Shown here piece after piece: positions 1 through 8,940 of a stretch of DNA of 64,000 bases (its first letter is position 1; each line of letters starts with the position of its first letter). Source of the stretch: a virus (lineage: Duplodnaviria > Caudoviricetes); the IMG/VR virus record IMGVR_UViG_3300002092_001784, positions 160,001-224,000 of that record. One strand, given 5' to 3'. Under the pieces are notes generated by a model, which had not been told where the DNA came from, ran no database searches, and saw only the letters and a program-made list of their open reading frames with translations. Position numbers and translations under genes: made by a program.

Positions 1-1
1 T

Positions 2-163
2 TGGGATGCTAATACCGAACACAATCCATCGGATGACCATATTATATCACTTGAAACATTTAATCCGGATAAAGAATACATATTAACACCGGATGATGTA
101 TCATATGAACAAAATTTTCTTAATGCTATATTCAAAAATATAATAGTTAACCATAATAAATAA
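2..163 (+). CDS. hypothetical protein, 5'-truncated by window edge
   Basis: Open frame WDANTEHNPSDD...NHNK* ending TAA 161-163, followed by AAAAATATG of next gene. Confidence 0.5.
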   Translation, partial: WDANTEHNPSDDHIISLETFNPDKEYILTPDDVSYEQNFLNAIFKNIIVNHNK

Positions 164-167
164 AAAT

Positions 168-350
168 ATGAATTACGAACTTAAACCAATTCCGGTCCAA
201 CAATATATTAACGTATATCTTACCGAACACGAAATTTTGTATTTGGGTTTATTAGCTACGGTATCAGAACCATTGGGAATGGATGCTGTATCTGAAATTA
301 TAAACAAATTTGTGGCAGAGTGTATCGATAGAAAAGCAAGATGGAATTGA
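168..350 (+). CDS. hypothetical protein (60 aa)
   Basis: ORF track; A-rich initiation context; tight packing. Confidence 0.6.
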   Translation: MNYELKPIPVQQYINVYLTEHEILYLGLLATVSEPLGMDAVSEIINKFVAECIDRKARWN

Positions 351-358
351 TTGAAACT

Positions 359-367
359 ATATTTATA
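359..367 (+). promoter_or_regulatory. candidate late promoter ATATTTATA
   Basis: Recurrent intergenic motif, 13 nt before ATG 381. Confidence 0.55.
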
Positions 368-380
368 TTAAAATCAAACT

Positions 381-626
381 ATGAAAAAACAAATATTAAC
401 ACTAATAGCAATTATTGGATTGCTGATTGCCTGCGACAGACACCCAAACATATCCGATATACAACAAATGGGAGCTATCAACATTAGTCAGTACCGTGGA
501 TATCAGGTGATTAGTAAGGATGGTGATTCTTTTTATTGGTATATAATGAAGGGTGATACCATTAAAGGAATTATTGTACCGAAATGGTTTAAGACGGTTT
601 ACAATGTAACCGATACCATTAAATAA
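381..626 (+). CDS. putative lipoprotein
   Basis: MKK-hydrophobic stretch-LLIAC lipobox. Confidence 0.65.
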   Translation: MKKQILTLIAIIGLLIACDRHPNISDIQQMGAINISQYRGYQVISKDGDSFYWYIMKGDTIKGIIVPKWFKTVYNVTDTIK

Positions 627-627
627 T

Positions 628-683
628 TTAACAATTAATTAACATTAAATATTTGGAATGTCCAAATAAATGATGTATATTTG
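628..683 (+). promoter_or_regulatory. TTAACA-N5-TTAACA box + Bacteroidota sigma70 promoter
   Basis: TTAACA 628/639, TTTG 652-655, 20-nt spacer, TATATTTG 676-683; TATTTGGA/TCCAAATA hairpin overlaps -33. Confidence 0.8.
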
Positions 684-702
684 AATATTAATCTTAGAAA
701 CT

Positions 703-1095
703 ATGAGTTACAAACTTTTTTTAGATGATGTCCGTATTCCGTATGACGTTTTTGAATATACCGATAACCAAACTTATTGTGATTTTTGGAATATTGTCAG
801 AAATTATGATGAATTTGTAAATCATATTGAACAATTTGGCCCACCTGATGTAATTAGTTTTGACCACGATTTGGCAGATTTACACTATGGTGTATCTTAT
901 AACAGTATTGGTAGTTACGGTGATGACCGGTTTAATGAAAAAACGGGCTATCACTGTGCAAGATGGTTTATTAATTGGTGTATGGACAGAGATATTATCT
1001 TTGATACTACCATTCTTATTCACTCTATGAATCCAGTTGGCGCAGAGAACATTCGTTCCTTATTTCAAACATATAATAAAATTTATAAATCTTAA
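703..1095 (+). CDS. cyclic-phosphate processing receiver-like domain protein
   Basis: Motifs LFLDDVRIP, ISFDHDL, KTGYHCA, HSMNPVG typical of this stand-alone receiver-like family. Confidence 0.7.
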   Translation: MSYKLFLDDVRIPYDVFEYTDNQTYCDFWNIVRNYDEFVNHIEQFGPPDVISFDHDLADLHYGVSYNSIGSYGDDRFNEKTGYHCARWFINWCMDRDIIFDTTILIHSMNPVGAENIRSLFQTYNKIYKS

Positions 1096-1113
1096 AAAGT
1101 AAAAAAAACAGTT

Positions 1114-1419
1114 ATGGAAACATTAATGAAAATGATTGAAGAAATTTTTTCAAATTATGAAGTACGATTTATCGTTGAACAGGCACATTTTGATCAGGAT
1201 AAACCGGTCTTTCGATTGAAACGTCGTAAAGCGGTAAGACTTTTGTGGTCAACAAAGCATTATGATGATTATGAAACAAATTCTATTCATAAAATAATCA
1301 ACTTCAAATCCCTAAAGGAAATTGAGACCTATCTTAAATTCCAATTTTCAGAACCCGAAGGATTTAAGACAAAAACATTTGATTTGAATTATAATAACAC
1401 TAACGTATCGGAGGAATAA
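1114..1419 (+). CDS. hypothetical protein
   Basis: ORF track; AGTTATG start. Confidence 0.7.
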   Translation: METLMKMIEEIFSNYEVRFIVEQAHFDQDKPVFRLKRRKAVRLLWSTKHYDDYETNSIHKIINFKSLKEIETYLKFQFSEPEGFKTKTFDLNYNNTNVSEE

Positions 1420-1420
1420 T

Positions 1421-1690
1421 ATGGAAATCGAAATGAAAGCAAATTACAGCGTACTCTACGATAGAGCACCGCAATTGAAGGTAACGCCAGCAGAACAAAA
1501 AAAGTTGGATGCTAAAGCCGAAAAAGAATATGTGGCAAAGCTGGCAAAATCAAAGAAAACAGCAGATGAACTATTGGCACTACTAAAAGAGTGCTACACA
1601 TTACATTCTAATAGGCATATGGGGGATGCAATCGTAACCGCCCAACTAACTATCAAATCAATAGAAACATTCAGAAATTCGTTGCAGTGA
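1421..1690 (+). CDS. hypothetical helical protein
   Basis: ORF track; abuts upstream stop. Confidence 0.7.
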   Translation: MEIEMKANYSVLYDRAPQLKVTPAEQKKLDAKAEKEYVAKLAKSKKTADELLALLKECYTLHSNRHMGDAIVTAQLTIKSIETFRNSLQ

Positions 1691-1902
1691 TAAGAATAAA
1701 CAAAGATAATTATGTAGATGCCATTAAAACGATGGCAGTTTCTGACAGTAATGCCAAAAGATTGATTTTTAAGAAATCAGATATTCCCAATACTGCAATT
1801 GTACATTTTGCATTTGATTGTGGTATAATAGTAAACATATCCGATTATGGTTCTTATTTTTCTGTGGTTAGTTGTATTGGTACAATAGAAGAGTTAACAT
1901 GA
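1687..1902 (+). CDS. hypothetical protein
   Basis: GTG start overlapping upstream TGA (GTGA). Confidence 0.55.
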   Translation: MIRINKDNYVDAIKTMAVSDSNAKRLIFKKSDIPNTAIVHFAFDCGIIVNISDYGSYFSVVSCIGTIEELT

Positions 1903-2096
1903 AAATAATCTATACAGAGCCTACATTACAGTATATGTTTGCAAATGGACTTCAAGACGAAGTTACTGAATTAATGGCAATTGGTGAGCATTGTCAAGTT
2001 GGAGATAAATTTCCTTACTTAAAAATTGAACAAAATGAAGATGTCACAGAAGGAAGAATTGAGGATACTCCGGTCAGTTCTTTGGAAGATAGGTAA
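1899..2096 (+). CDS. hypothetical protein
   Basis: ATG 1899 in ATGA overlap; 3' end overlaps next ORF by about 55 nt. Confidence 0.5.
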   Translation: MKIIYTEPTLQYMFANGLQDEVTELMAIGEHCQVGDKFPYLKIEQNEDVTEGRIEDTPVSSLEDR

Positions 2097-2265
2097 CGGT
2101 TTAATAGGAGTAGAAGCCAAAGGTAAATCAGAGTTACTAACAGCCACCCTGTCCGAAATCCGATATGGATATTGTTATGGACAAAGTAATTCAAACGAAG
2201 GTGATTCATGGAATGATACGGAAAAACGAAGAATACGTTCACTACAAAAATTAGACAAAATATGA
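2041..2265 (+). CDS. hypothetical protein
   Basis: MSQKEELRILRS...; ATGA coupling to next gene. Confidence 0.6.
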   Translation: MSQKEELRILRSVLWKIGNGLIGVEAKGKSELLTATLSEIRYGYCYGQSNSNEGDSWNDTEKRRIRSLQKLDKI

Positions 2266-2504
2266 AAAAAGAAGATGTTATAGAAAACGCATTGGCACTT
2301 GGGTTTGTTTTGGATTACGACCAATGGGATGCTGAAGGAAAAGGTTGGATACGATTTCAACTTGAAGAAGCTAATTTACAAGAAAAAGAATTAACACTTA
2401 TTTGGTGGAAAGATGCAAGTTTGGCAGCAAATTTACATCATGCGGGTCAAATCCTATTCAAATCAGGTCGGAAATCTAAAGTAATGGAATTAAATAATTA
2501 CTAA
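2262..2504 (+). CDS. hypothetical protein
   Basis: ORF track; ATGA coupling. Confidence 0.7.
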   Translation: MKKEDVIENALALGFVLDYDQWDAEGKGWIRFQLEEANLQEKELTLIWWKDASLAANLHHAGQILFKSGRKSKVMELNNY

Positions 2505-2518
2505 TATTTCAAATGTAT

Positions 2519-2527
2519 ATATTTATA
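2519..2527 (+). promoter_or_regulatory. candidate late promoter ATATTTATA
   Basis: Intergenic, upstream of 2569. Confidence 0.5.
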
Positions 2528-2568
2528 TAAAGTAATTATTAAACATTAACACATAGGAGGTAAAAATT

Positions 2569-2769
2569 ATGGGATTTGTATTTGGGTTTATACTAGGGTC
2601 TGCCTTAGTAGCAATAGGATTAATTGTAGCATACAATTTAAGGAAAGTTGAATTTGATAAAGTTGTAACCGAAATAGCAGATAAAGTTACTGGAATTGAA
2701 ACTAAAGTTATTTCCGAATTGGAAGCTCGCATTAAAGAGTTGGAAGATGCAATTAAGAATAAAATCTAA
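2569..2769 (+). CDS. small membrane-anchored coiled-coil protein
   Basis: N-terminal hydrophobic helix then heptad-like acidic/basic tail. Confidence 0.65.
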   Translation: MGFVFGFILGSALVAIGLIVAYNLRKVEFDKVVTEIADKVTGIETKVISELEARIKELEDAIKNKI

Positions 2770-2786
2770 AAAGATTTCAGATTAAT

Positions 2787-3158
2787 ATGAAGTATCTTAA
2801 AATTTTATCTATTGTATTATTATTATCGGTATATGGGTGTAAGGACACAATTACATATTACACCACACCGACTTCAACAATATCAATCACACCAACTTCA
2901 AACAATACGGTTCAAATTGAAACCGATGTAGTTGCTCAATCAAATCCAGTGAGAGGTATTGTAGTATCCAAAACAAAAGATGCTACACTTAACAACTCAA
3001 CCGCTGATATAATTTGGTTGAATAAGGGTATTGGTAAGGAAAGTATCAATATTGCATTGGAAAGTAAAACCGATTATTGGATTACTACTTTTGCATATTA
3101 TTCCGGTCAGGCCAATAACATTGGTTACAGTAAAGTGGTGGAAGTTAAAACAAATTAG
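2787..3158 (+). CDS. putative lipoprotein
   Basis: MKYLK-hydrophobic-VYGC lipobox; Thr/Ser-rich beta-like body. Confidence 0.65.
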   Translation: MKYLKILSIVLLLSVYGCKDTITYYTTPTSTISITPTSNNTVQIETDVVAQSNPVRGIVVSKTKDATLNNSTADIIWLNKGIGKESINIALESKTDYWITTFAYYSGQANNIGYSKVVEVKTN

Positions 3159-3162
3159 TTTC

Positions 3163-3218
3163 TTAACAATTTCTTAACATTAAAAGCTTGGTTATTCCAA
3201 GCTTTTTTTGTATATTTG
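3163..3218 (+). promoter_or_regulatory. TTAACA-N5-TTAACA box + Bacteroidota sigma70 promoter
   Basis: TTAACA 3163/3174, CTTG 3187-3190, 20-nt spacer, TATATTTG 3211-3218. Confidence 0.8.
3182..3209 (+). terminator. intrinsic terminator embedded in promoter
   Basis: AAAAGCTTGG-ttatt-CCAAGCTTTT plus T-run. Confidence 0.65.
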
Positions 3219-3267
3219 AATATCAGTTTGAGAGAGTTCATTATTTATTTCACTAATATTCATTTTT

Positions 3268-3558
3268 ATGAGTTTACCTTTTAATCCTTCGTTTCTTTAT
3301 TCCCGTGCTACTTCTATTAACGGGTTTTCCGAAATTGAAACCATTCTAAAATCGAAATGTATTTTTGGAACTGCTGTTTTTAATTCGTTAGAATCGGTTG
3401 TTGAAGATTATTCAGATTGGGATTCCGACCAAGGTTTTGGTGGTTCGGATACTACTTACGCCATTCAATCGTTTTTAGATTACTTAATCAGAGAAGCCGG
3501 TTTGGTTGGTGAGTTTGAAACAAAATTTACTCCCCGTTTATCAGTTGTTAAACTTTAA
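3268..3558 (+). CDS. hypothetical protein
   Basis: ORF directly downstream of promoter. Confidence 0.7.
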   Translation: MSLPFNPSFLYSRATSINGFSEIETILKSKCIFGTAVFNSLESVVEDYSDWDSDQGFGGSDTTYAIQSFLDYLIREAGLVGEFETKFTPRLSVVKL

Positions 3559-3573
3559 TTAAAAAACGAAATT

Positions 3574-3945
3574 ATGAAACATCTATTTGTCCCTTATGAG
3601 TTGGCGGTTAAACTCAAAGAAAAAGGGTTTGATGAAGAGTGTCTTGGATATTTTGATGTTGATAAAGGTTATACTTTAGGATATTATTTATGTTATCGTG
3701 AAGAAAGTTTTAATAGTTTCTTGTCTGAAGGGATAGCAGCTCCTCTTTATCAACAAGTATTAGATTGGTTAAGAGAAAAGCATGATATTCATATAGAGTT
3801 ACCAACAGGCGGGCATCCTAAAAAATATTATGTTTTTGTCCATAAAATGGATGGTGGGTGGATATATGAAGGTAATAATCAGAAGGAATTTGATTATTAT
3901 GATGGGTTGGAAGCAGGTATTAACGAAGCATTAAAACTTATTTAA
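3574..3945 (+). CDS. conserved-type phage hypothetical protein
   Basis: YELAVKLKEKGFDEEC...APLYQQVLDWLREKH pattern recalled from Bacteroidota phage proteins (not database-verified). Confidence 0.7.
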   Translation: MKHLFVPYELAVKLKEKGFDEECLGYFDVDKGYTLGYYLCYREESFNSFLSEGIAAPLYQQVLDWLREKHDIHIELPTGGHPKKYYVFVHKMDGGWIYEGNNQKEFDYYDGLEAGINEALKLI

Positions 3946-3946
3946 T

Positions 3947-4183
3947 ATGGAATGTCACAAAATAGAACGATACGAAAACGGTAGACCGGTATACCGATTG
4001 AAGAAAAAATTCAATACTTTGGATGAAGCCATTGCACAAGCAAAGTATGTTAATTCCGGAGAGTTTGTAATCCACAAAGTAGTAGCCTATAAATGTAAAG
4101 TATGTTTGAAGTATCATTTGGGCAGAAACGGAAAATTACTGACAGATAAACAAAGATTAAAATACAAATTAGAACATTGTTAA
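3947..4183 (+). CDS. small zinc-binding protein
   Basis: YKCKVCLKYHLG motif. Confidence 0.65.
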   Translation: MECHKIERYENGRPVYRLKKKFNTLDEAIAQAKYVNSGEFVIHKVVAYKCKVCLKYHLGRNGKLLTDKQRLKYKLEHC

Positions 4184-4235
4184 CAATTTCTTAACATTAA
4201 AAATTTGGAAATCCGTACTAAATGTAGTATATTTG
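4180..4235 (+). promoter_or_regulatory. TTAACA-N5-TTAACA box + Bacteroidota sigma70 promoter
   Basis: TTAACA 4180/4191, TTTG 4204-4207, 20-nt spacer, TATATTTG 4228-4235. Confidence 0.8.
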
Positions 4236-4276
4236 TGTATTGAGTTTTGAGAGTTATTAATTTTAATTTTATTGAT

Positions 4277-4687
4277 ATGAATGTTACTAATATTATTGAT
4301 GCTGATTATTTAGGTACTACTATGGTTGAATTTGTTGATGGTGGTGAAGTTAAGTATCGGGATTACCAATCGTTTGTTAGTGAAAACGGATACTCCGCAG
4401 TTAGGGAGTATGAACGAATTAAAGCCCGTGAACGGGTGATTGAAAAAGAGGCCTCTATTGCTAGAGGTGGGTTTGTTGAAGTTGGTATCTGTGACGTGGT
4501 TGACCGGTTGGGTATTGTTCAGGGTATGATGAATTACGATGAGGAATGTGAGGCCGTTAACAGTTGGTGTCACCGTTGGGATGTTATGTTATACGAAAGA
4601 CCAAAAGAATCCTTTTTCAAATCCGAAGGGCGTGGTTTGGCTAAAGAAGGTGGGTTTAGAGGTGTGTTATTTTCAAATTTATCTTAA
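4277..4687 (+). CDS. hypothetical protein
   Basis: ATG 4277 downstream of promoter (track uses upstream TTG 4247). Confidence 0.7.
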   Translation: MNVTNIIDADYLGTTMVEFVDGGEVKYRDYQSFVSENGYSAVREYERIKARERVIEKEASIARGGFVEVGICDVVDRLGIVQGMMNYDEECEAVNSWCHRWDVMLYERPKESFFKSEGRGLAKEGGFRGVLFSNLS

Positions 4688-4698
4688 AAATAAAAGTT

Positions 4699-4941
4699 AT
4701 GAAAGTTAAATTATTAAAAAAAGTTAGAAAACGGTTTACAATTAATAAAGTTACAAAGTATAATAAAACACCATTTTATCGTGTAGAAGATTTGGAACAA
4801 AGCTGGTGGAAATATGGTTCGGATTCATATGATGAAGCGTATGAAGAATTAAAAAAACAGATTCGTAACGAATATGGGTATACCGTAAAAGAGGGGCATA
4901 AGACAAAAATTGAAACGGTTTGGTATAATCAAAACAAATAA
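4699..4941 (+). CDS. hypothetical protein
   Basis: AAAGTTATG start. Confidence 0.7.
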   Translation: MKVKLLKKVRKRFTINKVTKYNKTPFYRVEDLEQSWWKYGSDSYDEAYEELKKQIRNEYGYTVKEGHKTKIETVWYNQNK

Positions 4942-4946
4942 AAGCT

Positions 4947-5174
4947 ATGAAAAACTTCAATTATAGTTGTGGATTTACAACAGCTAAATGTAAAGCTGGT
5001 ATTTTATCTATCACACATAACGGTAATATGGGTAATTCAATTGATAGGAGCGTTAACCCAAATTTAGAATTATTGGGTATTGAAACCATACAGCAATTGA
5101 AAACGAAATATACTGTTATTAAAGAGACCGGTTATCCTGATTATTCGTACCAAATACAGTTAAAAGTTAAATAG
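4947..5174 (+). CDS. hypothetical protein
   Basis: ORF track. Confidence 0.65.
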   Translation: MKNFNYSCGFTTAKCKAGILSITHNGNMGNSIDRSVNPNLELLGIETIQQLKTKYTVIKETGYPDYSYQIQLKVK

Positions 5175-5195
5175 TATTATTAAAAAAATAAAGTT

Positions 5196-5426
5196 ATGAA
5201 TATATCTGAAAAAATTAAGTATTTAGAGAGTCTATTACCTTATCCGGAAGTGGAAGATAAACATTATCCTCGGTTTGAAAAGCAAGCTCGTTATTTAGGT
5301 AATGGTGTATATAGTTTCAATGGTGTGTATGAAACGAATACCAGAGCATTATTTCTTATGGGCGTATTGGTAGCGGAGGGTATTTCATATGAGGTGGAAG
5401 ATGATGCTGAAATTGATGAACTATAA
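5196..5426 (+). CDS. hypothetical protein
   Basis: AAAGTTATG start. Confidence 0.7.
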   Translation: MNISEKIKYLESLLPYPEVEDKHYPRFEKQARYLGNGVYSFNGVYETNTRALFLMGVLVAEGISYEVEDDAEIDEL

Positions 5427-5439
5427 AAATATATAAGTT

Positions 5440-5604
5440 ATGGAAACTGAAATGTTAGGTATTGAATTAGACAACAACGAAGTATTAAACGCATATATGG
5501 ATATGTGGCAATTAATTTCCGATAAGGAACGAAGTAAGGCTATGGATTTGGCCGTTAGATTACGGAGAGCAGATGAACTTATAAAAACAATTTGGAAATT
5601 ATAA
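5440..5604 (+). CDS. hypothetical protein (54 aa, below track cut-off)
   Basis: AAGTTATG start; METEMLGIELDNNE...KTIWKL*. Confidence 0.6.
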   Translation: METEMLGIELDNNEVLNAYMDMWQLISDKERSKAMDLAVRLRRADELIKTIWKL

Positions 5605-5607
5605 ATT

Positions 5608-5772
5608 ATGAAAGATTTTTTAATACAATGGTTGGGTTACATTATACTATTTGTGGCAGTTGGTTACAAACGTAAAGAAGATAGTGAGTTAAAAATATTT
5701 TCAGCAGATTGGTGGGTTGTAACATTATTGGTTGGAACTGGTGTTGCTATTTTAGTACATTACTCTAAATAA
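5608..5772 (+). CDS. small two-TM membrane protein (54 aa)
   Basis: MKDFLIQWLGYIILFVAVG...WWVVTLLVGTGVAILVHYSK*. Confidence 0.6.
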   Translation: MKDFLIQWLGYIILFVAVGYKRKEDSELKIFSADWWVVTLLVGTGVAILVHYSK

Positions 5773-5783
5773 AATTATAAAAA

Positions 5784-7103
5784 ATGAAATTAAAAGAACC
5801 TAAAAATTCAAACTATGCAGCAATAGTTGTACAAATCAAAACTATTGTTCCTTTGGAAAATTGTGACAATGTAGTTGCTGCACAAATTATGGGAAATCAG
5901 GTTATTGTAAGTAAAGATGTACAAATCGAAGATATTGGTTTGTATTTTCCATTGGAAACTCAACTAACCGAACCATATCTTGCCAACAACAATCTGTATA
6001 AGGATGCCGAACTGAATAAGGATGCAACAAAAAAAGGATATTTTGAAAAGAATGGTCGTATTCGTTGTGTGAAGTTTAGAGGTAATAAATCAGAAGGTTT
6101 ATTTATGCCGATACAATCTTTATCTTTTGTCCTAAAGTCCCCACAATCGTTGGAAATTGGGCAAGAATTTGATGAATTGAATGGTATTGTATTGTGTCAG
6201 AAGTACATAGTTAAACTAAAGGGTGAACCCGGTGTTCCCGGTCAGAAGAAACAGAAAATCGGAAAGAAGGCCAAATCAAAACTGATTGAAAGTCAATTCC
6301 GTTTTCACGAAGATACTTCTATGTTATTCAGAAATCTACATCGTATTAATCCGAACGATATTATTAGTATAACTTACAAAGTGCATGGTACATCTGCAAT
6401 CTCTTCCAAACTGCTATGTAAGCGGCCATTAAAGTGGTATGAAACTGCATTGCAGAAATTGGGTGTAAAAATTGTGGACACTCATTATGATTACATTTAC
6501 TCAAGCCGTAAGGTTGTTAAAAACTCCGAATTGCGTGATACTGATAACTCTTTTTATAAAGAGGACATTTGGGGTATTACTCATACTGAATTGAAAGAGT
6601 TTTTGCAGGATGGTATGACAATCTACTATGAAGTGGTTGGGTATTTACCTAACGGTTCGTACATTCAAGGACCATATGATTACGGATGTGAAGCCGGTCA
6701 GCATAAAATTATGATTTACCGTATTACCTACACTAACCCATCAGGTAAGGTATTTGAGTTTTCAGTGAAGCAGGTTAAAGATTGGTGTAAAGAACGTGGG
6801 TTGGAAACCGTACCGCACCTTTACTATGGATACGCTAAAGATTTCTATGATATATACAATGTAAACGGTGATTTATCCGAAACACACATTGACGGATGGC
6901 GTGACGGGTTTTTACAAACTGTAAAAGATAAATACAACGAAAAAGATTGCTACCTTTGTGAAGCAAGAGTGCCCGAAGAAGGTGTAGTAATCCGTATTGA
7001 AAAGAATGAGTTTGAAGCTTATAAGGCAAAATCAAATCGATTCTATGAGTTTGAGACCAAACTGTTAGATAAAGGTGAATCAAACATCGAAGATGAAAAC
7101 TAA
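5784..7103 (+). CDS. ATP-dependent RNA ligase (DRB0094-like) with N-terminal OB-fold
   Basis: Nucleotidyltransferase motifs ITYKVHGT (I), YYEVVG (III), EEGVVIR (IV), YKAKS (V); N-terminus resembles tRNA-binding OB domain. Confidence 0.8.
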   Translation: MKLKEPKNSNYAAIVVQIKTIVPLENCDNVVAAQIMGNQVIVSKDVQIEDIGLYFPLETQLTEPYLANNNLYKDAELNKDATKKGYFEKNGRIRCVKFRGNKSEGLFMPIQSLSFVLKSPQSLEIGQEFDELNGIVLCQKYIVKLKGEPGVPGQKKQKIGKKAKSKLIESQFRFHEDTSMLFRNLHRINPNDIISITYKVHGTSAISSKLLCKRPLKWYETALQKLGVKIVDTHYDYIYSSRKVVKNSELRDTDNSFYKEDIWGITHTELKEFLQDGMTIYYEVVGYLPNGSYIQGPYDYGCEAGQHKIMIYRITYTNPSGKVFEFSVKQVKDWCKERGLETVPHLYYGYAKDFYDIYNVNGDLSETHIDGWRDGFLQTVKDKYNEKDCYLCEARVPEEGVVIRIEKNEFEAYKAKSNRFYEFETKLLDKGESNIEDEN

Positions 7104-7106
7104 TTC

Positions 7107-7162
7107 TTAACAATTTCTTAACATTAAAAGCTTGGATTTTCCAAGCTTTTAATGTATATTTG
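7107..7162 (+). promoter_or_regulatory. TTAACA-N5-TTAACA box + Bacteroidota sigma70 promoter
   Basis: TTAACA 7107/7118, CTTG 7131-7134, 20-nt spacer, TATATTTG 7155-7162. Confidence 0.8.
7126..7150 (+). terminator. intrinsic terminator embedded in promoter
   Basis: AAAAGCTTGGA-ttt-TCCAAGCTTTT. Confidence 0.65.
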
Positions 7163-7187
7163 TGTATAATCATTAGAGATATTAGTT

Positions 7188-7448
7188 ATGGAAAATTCAT
7201 TGAAGTTCACATTTGAGACAGTTGTTAGTTATGAACAGGCTTATTATTCCCGTAAGTTGTTTTTTGAGAGTTTTAACATTGTTCGGTTTCTTGTTAAGAA
7301 TCCGAATGGTTCTACCAACGATTTCCCTGTAAAAAGTAGGGAGGAAGCCCTTAAATTGGCCGTTTCATTGCCTGAACGTGGTTGTGAAATTCTGAAAGTG
7401 TATGAGTGTGAACATCGGGAAGAAGATAAAACGGAATATAGTTATTAA
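7188..7448 (+). CDS. hypothetical protein
   Basis: AGTTATG start after promoter. Confidence 0.7.
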   Translation: MENSLKFTFETVVSYEQAYYSRKLFFESFNIVRFLVKNPNGSTNDFPVKSREEALKLAVSLPERGCEILKVYECEHREEDKTEYSY

Positions 7449-7466
7449 TTATTAAAAAATAAAGTT

Positions 7467-7646
7467 ATGAGATATTTTACAATTCCTTTTTTAAGTATAC
7501 TTTACATTATGTGGAGTTATCGTTCAATTCGTAGTATTTACCGCAATGGTTGGGATATTGAAAATCCGCAGATAATATTATGGTTTATATGCACTATAAT
7601 GGCATTATTAGTTCCGTTTGTATTATTGAATGTTTTTTATTGGTAA
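7467..7646 (+). CDS. small membrane protein (59 aa)
   Basis: AAAGTTATG; two hydrophobic segments. Confidence 0.6.
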   Translation: MRYFTIPFLSILYIMWSYRSIRSIYRNGWDIENPQIILWFICTIMALLVPFVLLNVFYW

Positions 7647-7663
7647 CATTAATATTAAAAGTT

Positions 7664-7885
7664 ATGATTGTAGAGAAATCAAAAAAGAAACAAAAACGGA
7701 TTGAAATTGACTTATCCGGTCCAGAAGGTAACGCATTTGTATTGTTATCTTACGCCCGACGTTGGTGCAAAGATTTGGGTATGGATTATGAACCGTTACG
7801 AAAGGAGTTAACTACATGTGATTACAGTCATTTACTGAACACATTGGATAAACATTTTGGAAAATATGTAATCTTCTACAAATAG
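7664..7885 (+). CDS. conserved-type phage hypothetical protein
   Basis: AAAGTTATG at 7664; IDLSGPEGNAFVLL motif. Confidence 0.7.
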   Translation: MIVEKSKKKQKRIEIDLSGPEGNAFVLLSYARRWCKDLGMDYEPLRKELTTCDYSHLLNTLDKHFGKYVIFYK

Positions 7886-7889
7886 TAGG

Positions 7890-8234
7890 TTATTTATTTT
7901 CTATATCATCTATGATTTCATCAACATCCTTTTCGATATGTGCGGTTTGTTGTTCTATTTTCATAGAAAGTTCTTCGATTTTTGCTATCACTTCGTCTGT
8001 CCGTTTACCACTTAACTTTGAAGTATAACCCAAAACAGGAAGAGCAACACCTTGGAAAAATACAGAAATGATATACTGTATCCATCCTACTAAATTTGTG
8101 GGTTGATTAAAGTATAATGGTACTAATACCATTAATGTAATTATCCAAAACATTGTCATACTCGATAACGAGTCTGATAATATTTCTGCTAATTTATCCA
8201 TTGCTTTATTTAATTTGCCAATAATATTTTTCAT
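7890..8234 (-). CDS. membrane protein, DUF1003-like
   Basis: MKNIIGKLNK...; two TM helices then coiled coil; own ATATTTATA motif at 8250-8258 (-). Confidence 0.6.
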   Translation of the reverse strand: MKNIIGKLNKAMDKLAEILSDSLSSMTMFWIITLMVLVPLYFNQPTNLVGWIQYIISVFFQGVALPVLGYTSKLSGKRTDEVIAKIEELSMKIEQQTAHIEKDVDEIIDDIENK

Positions 8235-8249
8235 AGTGTATAAGTTTAC

Positions 8250-8258
8250 TATAAATAT
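8250..8258 (-). promoter_or_regulatory. candidate late promoter ATATTTATA
   Basis: TATAAATAT on + strand, 15 nt upstream of minus-strand ATG 8234. Confidence 0.55.
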
Positions 8259-8292
8259 TATTTTTACTATCAAACCTTTAATTAAAAAAAAA

Positions 8293-8550
8293 ATGAAAAA
8301 TAAATTGAGTTATGTATTTTCGTTAATAATTGTAGTTGCTTTGTTTACAGCTTGCGATTCATACCCATCTGCCGTAGTTTTGGTGGGTCATCAAAATCTT
8401 ATTGTCTATAAATCCGAACGGATTACCAATCCTAAAAATGGTGATTATAAATATGCTGTAACCGATGCCAGTGGGTACGGTTGGACGTTATATTCATTCG
8501 ATAAATACAGTATCGGTGATACGTTATATATTTCAAACAAAAAACGATGA
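8293..8550 (+). CDS. putative lipoprotein
   Basis: MKNK-hydrophobic-LFTAC lipobox. Confidence 0.65.
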   Translation: MKNKLSYVFSLIIVVALFTACDSYPSAVVLVGHQNLIVYKSERITNPKNGDYKYAVTDASGYGWTLYSFDKYSIGDTLYISNKKR

Positions 8551-8888
8551 AAGAAATAACAACAAAAATTACAGATTACAAACATTGTTATGTATGTGGT
8601 TCATCCGAAAAACGAAGTGGTGATTCTTTACACATATGGGATATAGAATACCAGTGTGGGTGTCGTTTAGTGGGTGCACTTGGTGACCCCACCGATTATG
8701 TGGAAATACCATGTCCGAATGAAACAAAAACATCGGAAGAATGGAGTAAAGAAGTTAATTATAAGATACTCGATCCCGATGGGTGGGATAGAAGTAATTG
8801 GCAATATTCTTTTTATGAACAACTAATTACACGTGAAGAATTTGATAACAGGTTGTTTCAGTCAACAATAGAAGGACGTATTTCTTAA
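8547..8888 (+). CDS. hypothetical protein with N-terminal Cys cluster
   Basis: CYVC...CGC; C-terminal ILDPDGWDR motif. Confidence 0.65.
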   Translation: MKEITTKITDYKHCYVCGSSEKRSGDSLHIWDIEYQCGCRLVGALGDPTDYVEIPCPNETKTSEEWSKEVNYKILDPDGWDRSNWQYSFYEQLITREEFDNRLFQSTIEGRIS

Positions 8889-8940
8889 CAATTTCTTAAC
8901 ATTAAAAATTTGGAAATTCATACTAAAAGTAGTATATTTG
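8885..8940 (+). promoter_or_regulatory. TTAACA-N5-TTAACA box + Bacteroidota sigma70 promoter
   Basis: TTAACA 8885/8896, TTTG 8909-8912, 20-nt spacer, TATATTTG 8933-8940. Confidence 0.8.
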
